Source: Bellilinea caldifistulae (GTDB lineage Bacteria; Chloroflexota; Anaerolineae; Anaerolineales; Anaerolineaceae). Taken from it: a DNA stretch of 32,000 nt. Positions 18,707 to 27,129 of this stretch are shown one piece after another (the stretch's first letter is position 1; the number at the start of each line of letters is the position of its first letter). Made by a program: the position numbers and the translations under genes. The notes under the pieces are model-generated. The model saw only the letters and a list, made by a program, of their open reading frames with translations. It was not told the DNA's origin and did no database searches. Location of the stretch: positions 120,001 through 152,000 of the forward strand of contig NZ_LGHJ01000012.1 in NCBI RefSeq assembly GCF_001306055.1, read 5' to 3'.

Positions 18707-18894
18707 TCAACACCTCCTTTTTCAGTATAACGATATGCCCTTTTCAGGGCAATCCACCTGTCTGATTTCAGTATACTTAGGCGGGTTGATTTCTGCCTCT
18801 GCCATTTGGGGGATGCCCCCACCCGGAAAAACGGACAGGAACAGGTCATCACTACCTTGCCCTGCAAAGATGTGATAAGATTGCCCCCAAGCCC

Positions 18895-19809
18895 ATGGAT
18901 GCCCTCCTCGATCTGCTTCTCTCCCCCATCGGCGGTGGTCTGGCTGCCCTGACCGCCGCTTTTCTGTGGGCGCTGGCCTCCTTGTGGTTCACCCGCCTGG
19001 GCAGCCACCTGTCGGTGATTGAAGTCAACCTCCTCAAAGGGCTGCTGGCGTTGATTCTGCTGGTGATAACCCTGTACGGCAGCGGCGGCAGCCTGCAATC
19101 CATTCCAAAAAACGCGTTGGGGCTGCTGCTGATCAGCGGGGTGGTCGGCATTACGCTGGGTGATAGCGCCTATCTGCAAGCTCTTCAACACCTGGGGCCG
19201 CGCCGAACTTTGCTTTTAGCCACGCTTGCCCCGCCCATGGTCGGGCTGATCGCCTGGGGAGTGTTGGGTGAAACCCTCTCGTGGCTCTCCTGGCTGGGTA
19301 TCTTTGTCACGGTGGCGGGCATTGCCTGGGTAATTCTGGAACGCACCCCGGATTCAGCACCGGCATTTGACCTTAAACGCGGTTTGTGGTTTGGTTTTCT
19401 GGCGGCCCTCTCGCAGTCGGTTGCTCTGGTGCTTTCACGCGTGGCTTTGACCCGCACCAGCGTGGATTCGCTGCAAAGCACCATTTTGCGCCTGGCAGCC
19501 GCCGTGGTTGTACTGGCGGCCTGGTCGCTGATCCGCCGCCGGTCGCTCATCAGTATTTCCGTTTTTCGGGCTCAACCTCAGCTGTGGGGAACCCTGGCAG
19601 CAGCCACGTTCATCGGCACCTATCTGGCGATGTGGCTGCAACAGGTCTCGATTGGGCTTGCCCCGGCCGGTATCGTCCAGACTCTGCTTTCGGCCAGCCC
19701 GTTATTCATCCTGCCGATGGCTGCCTTACAGGGACAAAAAATCACCCCGCGCGCCGTGCTGGGCGCTCTGCTGGCCTTAAGCGGGGTGGCCTTGTTATTC
19801 GCGAGTTAA
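18895..19809 (+). CDS. DMT-superfamily (EamA-like) transporter
   Basis: Contains about ten TMs arranged as two EamA-like halves. Confidence 0.75.
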   Translation: MDALLDLLLSPIGGGLAALTAAFLWALASLWFTRLGSHLSVIEVNLLKGLLALILLVITLYGSGGSLQSIPKNALGLLLISGVVGITLGDSAYLQALQHLGPRRTLLLATLAPPMVGLIAWGVLGETLSWLSWLGIFVTVAGIAWVILERTPDSAPAFDLKRGLWFGFLAALSQSVALVLSRVALTRTSVDSLQSTILRLAAAVVVLAAWSLIRRRSLISISVFRAQPQLWGTLAAATFIGTYLAMWLQQVSIGLAPAGIVQTLLSASPLFILPMAALQGQKITPRAVLGALLALSGVALLFAS

Positions 19810-19913
19810 CTTCCGGTTAAAACCGCCTTTTTCTGCTGCGAATTTACCGCGAATTGTATACAATGAAGCCGTATTGGGGTTAATCCCTTAAGAATCCACC
19901 TGCAGCGAGGTCA

Positions 19914-20810
19914 ATGATGAAATTCGGAATCATGGCGATGCAAATGGAAGCCCTTCTCCCGCCGGTCAGCAATGCGCAGGAAGCCATGCAGCATGTTGCC
20001 TCTTTCAGCCATGCGGGGCTGATTCGTAAGCTGCATTCAGCCGGTTTCTCCCTCATTGAACTGGGCGGTGATCTGGGGATGTGGTTTCCAACGGCTTTTT
20101 CCCCAACCGTCATCGAAGAACTGGCTCAACTGAAAGACGAACTGGAATTGGCTTATACCGTTCACCTGCCGCTCTGGTCGGTGGAGCCCTCCACTCCCCT
20201 TCAGGCGGTACGACTCGGCTCGGTGCAGGCGCTGACAGACTGCATCCACGCCACCCTGCCCTTACAACCCGCTTGTTATGTCCTGCATGCTACTGGCGCG
20301 CTGGCCGCCGAGTTTTACCAGATGCGCTTGCCGCCCGCCGGCAAGGGGTTGATTTTACGCCAGTTCCAACAAAACGCGCTGCAATCCATTCAGGAACTTC
20401 TTCAGCAAACCGGCCTGCCGCCGCGCAAACTGGCCATCGAAACCATTGAGTTCCCCTTTGACCTGACGCTGGAGATGGCCGAGCGGCTCGACCTGTCGGT
20501 TTGTCTGGATACCGGTCACGTACTGGCCGGTTTTTCCGGGGCGCTGGATGTCTTCACGGTGTTGGAGCAGGTGCTGCCGCATCTGGGCGAAGTCCATCTG
20601 CACGACTGTCCCCGCCCGGCCAGGCCAGATCAACCTTCCTACGGCATGGACCATCAACCCCTCGGCAGCGGTGACCTCGACACCGCCCGTTTGCTCGATC
20701 GTTTGAGCGAATCCGGCTTTGATGGCCCGGTGATCTTTGAACTGACCGTTCCACAGGCTTTATCCTCCCTGCAGGTGATCCGGCAATTGCGCCCGGCACT
20801 GCTGGCCTGA
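19914..20810 (+). CDS. Xylose-isomerase-like TIM-barrel (AP endonuclease 2 superfamily) protein
   Basis: Has an alternating beta/alpha pattern and His/Asp/Glu metal-ligand contexts (YVLHATG, LAIETIEFP, LDTGH, EVHLHD). A GCGAGG RBS is present. Confidence 0.6.
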   Translation: MMKFGIMAMQMEALLPPVSNAQEAMQHVASFSHAGLIRKLHSAGFSLIELGGDLGMWFPTAFSPTVIEELAQLKDELELAYTVHLPLWSVEPSTPLQAVRLGSVQALTDCIHATLPLQPACYVLHATGALAAEFYQMRLPPAGKGLILRQFQQNALQSIQELLQQTGLPPRKLAIETIEFPFDLTLEMAERLDLSVCLDTGHVLAGFSGALDVFTVLEQVLPHLGEVHLHDCPRPARPDQPSYGMDHQPLGSGDLDTARLLDRLSESGFDGPVIFELTVPQALSSLQVIRQLRPALLA

Positions 20811-20828
20811 CCCGCCGGAGAAAATTCC

Positions 20829-22321
20829 ATGGACAAGAAAAAATTAAACTGGTTCGATCACATTGCGCTGAATGCCTGCTGGCTGGGAATAAACATCGCC
20901 TCCGGCGTGATTACGCCATTGCTGCTGCCTTATCTGGTGCTGCTGTTCATGCCCGAAGAGCAAAAAACACCTACCTTGCCAATGTACGAGTCATCGGCCT
21001 GACGGTTGCCATGCTGGTGCAGCCGCTTGGCGGCATGTTATCGGATCGCAGTACCTCACGCTTTGGACGGCGGCGGCCATTCATCTTTGGCGGTACGCTG
21101 GCCAATGTGGTTTTCCTTGCCATCATTGGCGCAACCCCCCTGTTCATCGGCTCACCCTTGGATGAGGTCTTTCAATCCAGTTTGGGCATTTCAACCGCTT
21201 ATGCAGTCCTGCTGGTAGGAATTGTCCTGCTGCAAATTTCATCCAATATTTCCCAGGGTGCGCTGCAAGGTCTGATTCCCGACCTGGTGCCGGAAAATCA
21301 GCGTGGGCGTTCCTCCGGTATCAAAGCAGTTATGGAACTTCTGCCGGTCTTTCTGGTCATCTTCATCGGCCCGCTCATTGACCGCGGGCAGGTTGGAGTG
21401 GTCATGGGGATTGTGGCAGTCGGTTATCTGGTGACGATGGCAGTAACCGTCCTGTTTGCCCGAGAAACCCCCATCCGCCAAAAGCCCGCTGATGGCGTTG
21501 GAGACCGTTTTCTGCGCCTGCTGGCACTGACCGGCATTTTTGTTGGGGCTACGCGGCTGGCGGTCTGGCTGGTGAGCATCAGCGGCAGCCGCCTGACCCA
21601 AATGGGGGTAAGCCGCGAGGTCCAGATTTTACTGATCGGGTTGGCCGGGCTGGCAGCCATGGCCGGCTCCATCCTGATTGGCGTTTATTTTGGCGCCTCG
21701 GTCGGGATCGGAAAAGAGGCCCGCCAGCAGACTTCTTTTATCTGGTGGGTGATCAACCGCCTGCTCTTCCTGGCAGCCGTCGGCTCCATTCAGGGCTTTG
21801 CCCAGTTTTACCTGCGCGATGTACTGCAACTCCCCAACCCGGCTACCAGTACAACCCTGCTGCTGGCGGCTGTAGCCATCTTTCTGATCCCCTCGGCAAT
21901 TTACGGCGGCACCCTGGCAGACCGCTTTGGGCCAAAACGTTTGGTGCTGTACGCCGGGCTGATCGCCGCCTTTGGCACGCTGATTCTCCTGTTTGCTCCA
22001 AACTTCCCGGTCGTGATTCTAAGCGGCTGCATCATTGGTCTGGGTACCGGCACCTTCTTTGCCTCCAACTGGGCGCTGGGCACCGAACTGGCCCCTCCTC
22101 AGGAAGCCGGACGTTACCTGGGGATTTCCAATCTGGCCGGGGCTGGAGCAGGCATTGTGGGGGCTGGCATCGGCGGCCCGATTGCCGACTTCTTCAACAA
22201 GATTGAACCCGGTCTGGGTTATCTGGTCATCTTTACCATCTACGGGGCGCTTTTCCTGTTCTCCGTACTGACTCTTGCGAAAATCCGCCTACCGGGTCAA
22301 AGAACCGCCCGCAGTTCCTGA
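20829..22321 (+). pseudogene. MFS transporter interrupted by a 1-nt frame break in an A6 run (pseudogene or homopolymer miscall)
   Basis: Frame A (ATG 20829) encodes MDKKKLNWFDHIALNACWLGINIASGVITPLLLPYLVLLFMPEEQK and stops at 21000-21002. The -1 frame continues from the A-run (20962-20967) as NTYLANVRVIGLTVAMLVQPLGGMLSDRSTSRFGRRRPF (MFS motif A) and runs to 22321. A GGAGAA RBS precedes 20829. Confidence 0.7.
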
Positions 22322-22329
22322 TTAAACCG

Positions 22330-22710
22330 CTATTTCGACTGTGACGTTTGACGTTGGGCGGCAATGCCGCTCAACGTCCCGATCACCACAATCAACACCA
22401 GAACGACCGCCCCAAACACAATCCCAAAAGTTTGCTCGCGGTTGGCAAGCAATTCCGCCGGTATCGGGGTGGGGGATGGTCTGCCGGCCTGAATCTCACC
22501 GGTCGGTGTCTGTGCCGGCAGGGGAGTTATCTCAACCGTTGGCGAAGGCGCAGCGGTCTGACGAGGAGAAATCGGCTCGCTGAACGCCATTGCCGCCCAA
22601 AAGGCCGCCAGCACCAGCACCAAACCGAGAAGATGGGGGTTTTGCTTCTTCACCCACTCCCGCCAGATGGCAATTCGCCGGATAATTCCATCCACAAAGC
22701 CCTGGTTCAT
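22330..22710 (-). CDS. Small two-TM membrane protein with a Pro/Thr-rich linker
   Basis: Begins MNQGFVDGIIRR. TM1 is LLGLVLVLAAFWAAMAF, followed by a P/T-rich segment, and TM2 is FGIVFGAVVLVLIVVIGTL. Its ATG (22710-22708) overlaps the upstream TGA (22709-22707) as ATGA. The 204-aa track ORF is an overlapping extension. Confidence 0.55.
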   Translation of the reverse strand: MNQGFVDGIIRRIAIWREWVKKQNPHLLGLVLVLAAFWAAMAFSEPISPRQTAAPSPTVEITPLPAQTPTGEIQAGRPSPTPIPAELLANREQTFGIVFGAVVLVLIVVIGTLSGIAAQRQTSQSK

Positions 22711-24083
22711 GGTGTAAGCAACTTCTCCACCGCCGATTGTGCCGCCTGAGCCGGGCTGGACTGGTTGCGCAGTACAGCCAGACCACTTTCCCTCAGCACC
22801 GGACCGAGACTGGCAAGGATTTCGTTCGAGGGGCGAATTTGTGCCGAAAGCACCACGCGGCTCAACGTGTTTTGCAGCGTGACCGGCTGCCAGGCCGAGA
22901 GAGAGGTGGGGTGTACCGGCAGATAACCAGCCGCCACCGCCCATTCGGCCAGAAAATCAGCCGCGTTGAGATACTCCGCCAGTTCCACCGCCATTTGACG
23001 GCGCTGCGGATCGGGATCGGCAATCGCCAGTCCCCAACCAATTGCCTGAGTAAAATCATCTCCACCCAGCGAGGGAAGTAACATGGGGGTCGTATCGGCT
23101 GGCAGTTCGCTCAGGTAAAAAGAGGCAAAAGTCACTGCCCAATCCGCCTGTCCTTCCAGATAGGCCTGCCAGACCTGCCCGCCGCTCTGATACTGGGTCA
23201 CCGATTGCGGAAACGTTCCCCGGCGGGCGCCTTCCTGATACAGTTCAAAAACTTGTTGCAGTAAATCCGCTTGCAGGGCAGGCCTGCCCTGCAAATCCTG
23301 CACCAGTCCACCCAGCGAACGGTACAGGGTCAGGGTAAGCAGGGCTTGGGGGTCATCGCCGGCGAAAAGAAGCGGGTTACCAAAGGCGAGTACTTCCTGC
23401 CAGGTTTGCGGCGGGCTGCCGCCTACGCTGGCCGGGCGGTAAAAGAGCATCAACGCATCGCCAGCAATCGGCAAAGCAAAGGGGATATCCTGCACCCGGC
23501 TCAACTGACGGGCATACGGATACCAGTCCACGCTTTCGATTTCTTCGCTCACCCCCTCCAGGGGATAGATCAGGCCTTTCAGAGCCGCCGCTTCCAGGTC
23601 ACCCCGGTTCAAGGCAATCACCGAGGGTAAGGCAGCCGGGGCGGCAGCAGCCGCCGCCGTCAGCGATTCGAGCAGCCCGCCCGGCCCGGAAGGGGCTTTG
23701 ATCCGTACATGAATCAACACCCCCGGATTTTCCTCCATGAACGCATCCAGCCGTTGCTGCAGCAATTGTGCGGCAGGAGTATCGGCAGCCGGGTCAAATT
23801 GCGGCGGCAGCCAGAGCGTGAGGGTGACTGCACCGCTAAAAGTCGGTTGTGGTTCGGGCGTAACGCTCGCTTCTGCCTCAGGTGTGAGCGTGATCGGGGC
23901 TTCCGGCGTGCTGGTCGGAGGGGGGCTGAATAACCCCGGCAAAATCGGTTCCAGCCACTGGACACATCCACCTAACAGTGCCAGAATCAAAACCGCCGCC
24001 GTCAGGCGCATCAGCGCCGGAGAGATCCTTCGGTTGCCATCCCCCTTTCGGTTTTTACCGGTGCGGGGAAGCAGACCAGTCAT
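22707..24083 (-). CDS. Extracellular solute-binding protein (ABC family-1 type), probable lipoprotein
   Basis: The signal/lipobox is AAVLILALLGGC, followed by a P/T/E linker and then an SBP-like body of about 380 aa. The ATG at 24083 overlaps the upstream TGA as ATGA. An alternative start is M25, at 24011. Confidence 0.7.
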   Translation of the reverse strand: MTGLLPRTGKNRKGDGNRRISPALMRLTAAVLILALLGGCVQWLEPILPGLFSPPPTSTPEAPITLTPEAEASVTPEPQPTFSGAVTLTLWLPPQFDPAADTPAAQLLQQRLDAFMEENPGVLIHVRIKAPSGPGGLLESLTAAAAAAPAALPSVIALNRGDLEAAALKGLIYPLEGVSEEIESVDWYPYARQLSRVQDIPFALPIAGDALMLFYRPASVGGSPPQTWQEVLAFGNPLLFAGDDPQALLTLTLYRSLGGLVQDLQGRPALQADLLQQVFELYQEGARRGTFPQSVTQYQSGGQVWQAYLEGQADWAVTFASFYLSELPADTTPMLLPSLGGDDFTQAIGWGLAIADPDPQRRQMAVELAEYLNAADFLAEWAVAAGYLPVHPTSLSAWQPVTLQNTLSRVVLSAQIRPSNEILASLGPVLRESGLAVLRNQSSPAQAAQSAVEKLLTP

Positions 24084-25078
24084 TTCAATTCAACCGGTGA
24101 TTCCAGCAAAGCCTTTAACAAGCCGACGGCGTTTTGCACATCCTCAAAATCCACCATCTCGGATGGCGTATGAATGTAACGGCAGGGGATGGAAAGACAG
24201 CCAGCCGGCACGCCGGCGCGGGTCAACTGCATGGCGCGGGCATCCGTTGACCCGCCTTCCAGAATCTCCAGTTGATAGGGAATGCCAGCCTGTTCGGCGG
24301 TATCCGCCATCCAGCGCACCACGCGCGGGTCGGCAATCATGCCGCTATCCTTGACTTTGATGGCGGGCCCCTTGCCAAGCGCAACCGCCATCTTCAACCC
24401 TTTGGGGGTATCGCCGGTAGCGGTTACATCCACCGCAATCCCAATTTCCGGGTCAACACCAAAAGCGGCAGTGGTAGCGCCCCGCACCCCAACCTCTTCC
24501 TGAGTGGAGAAGACGAAGTAGACCTCATGCGGGGTGTTCTTCAACTGGCGCAGCGTTTCCATCATGACCGCTACCGAGATGCGGTCATCCATAGATTTGG
24601 CTACCAACCGCTTGCCCAGGTCCAAAAACGGGCGTTCAAAAGCAGCCACATCCCCCACCCGTACCGGGCAATCCTCCTTGCTGGTTGCTCCCACGTCAAT
24701 GAACAATTTGTCAAAACTGTGGACGCGCTCCATATTTTCCAGACGTTCACCGCCGATTACCCCGGCAACCCCGTTCAAAAAGCGTACCCGTCCGCCATAG
24801 AGTGTGTGCGGACGCACGCCGCCAATGGTCGAAAAGCGCACAAAACCATTTTCATCTACATGAGTGGCAATCAGGCCGATTTCGTCCATGTGGGCCGCCA
24901 GCATGATGCGCTTGCCGGACGGGCTTTTTTGACCTTTTCGCACGACCAGATTACCCAGCGCATCCACGCGTACCTCATCCGCCCAATCTTTGACTTCTCC
25001 CAAAATCAGTTCGCGGACAGGCATCTCATAGCCCGAGGGGGCAATGGTTTCCACCAGTTTTTGAATTAGCGCTTTCAT
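24080..25078 (-). CDS. M42-family (TET/FrvX-like) aminopeptidase, paralog 3 in transcription order
   Basis: Starts MKALIQKLVETIAPSGYE. LAAHMDEIGL is present and the M42 pattern runs to the C-terminus. A GGAGA RBS precedes the ATG at 25078. The track start at 25210 overlaps the upstream gene. Confidence 0.85.
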   Translation of the reverse strand: MKALIQKLVETIAPSGYEMPVRELILGEVKDWADEVRVDALGNLVVRKGQKSPSGKRIMLAAHMDEIGLIATHVDENGFVRFSTIGGVRPHTLYGGRVRFLNGVAGVIGGERLENMERVHSFDKLFIDVGATSKEDCPVRVGDVAAFERPFLDLGKRLVAKSMDDRISVAVMMETLRQLKNTPHEVYFVFSTQEEVGVRGATTAAFGVDPEIGIAVDVTATGDTPKGLKMAVALGKGPAIKVKDSGMIADPRVVRWMADTAEQAGIPYQLEILEGGSTDARAMQLTRAGVPAGCLSIPCRYIHTPSEMVDFEDVQNAVGLLKALLESPVELK

Positions 25079-25097
25079 GCAAATCTCCTGGAACAGT

Positions 25098-26177
25098 TTA
25101 GCGATCTTCTGAGAATAACTGCGGGCTGAGCCGCTCCAATCCATGATACAACAAAGACAGGGTGTTTTCCCAATCCAACAAGCGCGCTTGAAGGGCGGGG
25201 GTATGGGCATAGCGCACCGGTACCGAAACGGACACTACCGGAATACCCTCCCGCTGCTTGTGAATGGCGCCGGCATCCGTGCCGCCACCGCCGGGCTGGC
25301 GAATCTGATAAGGAATACCCATCTCCTCCGCCGTGCGAATCAGATGACGAATCAAGCGCGGGTCGGAAAGAGTGGCGGCATCGGCTACATAGATGGCCGG
25401 ACCACCCCCAAGGCGGGTATTATACCGGGTATTTTCCTCCCCGTCCCAGGCAGGCAAGTCATTGGCAGGGGTGGCATCTACGGCAATCGCCACATCCGGG
25501 TTGAACGCATAAGCCGCCACGCCAGCCCCGCGCAAGCCGATCTCCTCCTGCACGGTAAAGGCTGCCTGCAATTCCACGTTAGGCGGTGGATTTTTGATTA
25601 ACTCGATCAGGGCAGCCACGCCCAGCCGGTCATCCAGCGCCTTACCCACCAGACTCGGCCCAGCCTGCCGGAAACGAGTCGCAAAGCCAGCTCGCTCACC
25701 CGTTTTGACCTTCTTGCCGTTTTCATTGCCAAGGTCAATCCGTAATTGTTCAACCGTGAGGGCGTTTTTTCGCTCATCGGGTGTCGTCAGATGAATGGGG
25801 CGCGTGCCGATCACCCCCGGCAGATGCTCTTTTCCCACTAAAACCGGCTTGCCGACCAACACGCGCGGGTCAATACCGCCGACTACTTCAAAGCGATACC
25901 AACCGCCCTCTTCCTCTTCAACGAGGATGAAACCGACCTCGTCCATGTGGGCGGCCAGCATGACTCGCAGGGGGTTTTCTTCCTGGGCATGGCGCACGGC
26001 CAGCACATTCCCAAGGGCATCCACGCGCACTTCATCGGCAAAGGGTTGGATTTCCTCCAGTACGATGGCGCGCACTTCACGCTCATCACCCGAAACAGCC
26101 ACCGCATTCGACAGGCGTTCGAGCAGATCCAGTTGGCTTTTTGAAACAGGTTGTGAAAATGGGGAATATTCGCTCAT
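25098..26177 (-). CDS. M42-family aminopeptidase, paralog 2
   Basis: LLERLSNAVAVSGDEREVR and LAAHMDEVGF are present, and the protein is homologous in pattern to the other two copies. The ATG at 26177 lies 4 nt after the upstream TAG. Confidence 0.85.
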   Translation of the reverse strand: MSEYSPFSQPVSKSQLDLLERLSNAVAVSGDEREVRAIVLEEIQPFADEVRVDALGNVLAVRHAQEENPLRVMLAAHMDEVGFILVEEEEGGWYRFEVVGGIDPRVLVGKPVLVGKEHLPGVIGTRPIHLTTPDERKNALTVEQLRIDLGNENGKKVKTGERAGFATRFRQAGPSLVGKALDDRLGVAALIELIKNPPPNVELQAAFTVQEEIGLRGAGVAAYAFNPDVAIAVDATPANDLPAWDGEENTRYNTRLGGGPAIYVADAATLSDPRLIRHLIRTAEEMGIPYQIRQPGGGGTDAGAIHKQREGIPVVSVSVPVRYAHTPALQARLLDWENTLSLLYHGLERLSPQLFSEDR

Positions 26178-26181
26178 AAGA

Positions 26182-27129
26182 CTAATTCTTTTCGTGGTAT
26201 TTTTTGGGAACGAAATCCAACACGATTTTTTCAAGATCGCCTAAATTGCTCAGGTTCAGGAAGAAATGACAGTTTTCCCAAAGGCGATAAAGGTCTCGTC
26301 TTCTGGCCAGCCAGCCACCACCATCGGCAAAATTAACGAAAATTCGCTTTTCATTATAACGGCTATTACTATGACGAATGCGGTCATAAATTGCGAGCAT
26401 GTCCCGCGCCTTATTGGTTTGACCACTGCTTGTGGTTTCCTGGAAAGAGCTCATAATAATCACCCATGGGTCATCCAGGCTCGGCACTGCAAAATCTATG
26501 TCGGTTTCCACGAAACGTGATCGTCCTTGTTCAAACGGTATGCCATACTGGCTTTCAACTTTCCGCAAAACATTTTCTATTTCTGCTTCGACGTGATGTC
26601 CTTTTTTCGCGCCATAAGTCCCGATTAATGAGCGCTTGTAACGTACTTTGCGAGCCGCCTGTGTACTGGCACCAATTTCAGCGTAATTCAAACTTTCCAG
26701 ATAATATCGGGGAATAAAGGCAGTCAGTTCCCCATCATTGCAACCGTTAAAAAGTAAAGAAACGATTTGACTCAGAAAATTCGGATCTTGTGAAATCCTG
26801 CTCTTGATCCTGACAAGCGACCATTCTGCATCAAAACCGCCCTCAATTCTTCCTATGCGCCTCAAGAGAGAAATAATTCTCAAGAATTTTTCTTCGGAAA
26901 GCTCCAAATCCCTGAGAATAACATCCAAAACTGCGGGGTTTTGAACAATTTTCTTCCGCAAATCTTCTTCTCTAATCGGATGAACACCGGAAAGCTGCGC
27001 CTGGGCTGCCAGTTCCAGCAAATTGTCAACCTCTCGATCAATTTCATCCTCCAAAGAAGGATTTAGATAAAAAACGCTTGCGCTCTTCCAGACTTGCTCA
27101 AAGGATATTTTTTCAATGCTTCTGGTCAT
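26182..27129 (-). CDS. Putative restriction endonuclease partner (315 aa, helical N-half plus nuclease-like C-half); family unassigned
   Basis: The ATG at 27129 (MTRSIEKISF...) overlaps the methyltransferase 3' end by 17 nt. The C-half has elements typical of type II REase cores. These are YGAKKGHHVEAEIENVL, TDIDFAVP, VIIMSSFQETTSSGQTNKARD and FVNFADGGGW. From memory it resembles the DpnII/MboI-type layout, which I could not verify. Confidence 0.5.
   Translation of the reverse strand: MTRSIEKISFEQVWKSASVFYLNPSLEDEIDREVDNLLELAAQAQLSGVHPIREEDLRKKIVQNPAVLDVILRDLELSEEKFLRIISLLRRIGRIEGGFDAEWSLVRIKSRISQDPNFLSQIVSLLFNGCNDGELTAFIPRYYLESLNYAEIGASTQAARKVRYKRSLIGTYGAKKGHHVEAEIENVLRKVESQYGIPFEQGRSRFVETDIDFAVPSLDDPWVIIMSSFQETTSSGQTNKARDMLAIYDRIRHSNSRYNEKRIFVNFADGGGWLARRRDLYRLWENCHFFLNLSNLGDLEKIVLDFVPKKYHEKN

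Noticed and set aside
22330-22944. Longest-ORF N-terminal extensions appear in the supplied track. Examples are 22330-22944, 24080-25210, 25098-26234, 26182-27183, 15472-15873 and 7641-8453. Several of these starts are TTG or GTG.
   Set aside because: The extensions overlap the upstream gene or lack family similarity. Internal ATGs with RBS-like purine tracts, or with stop/start coupling, give products that begin where homologous family members begin.
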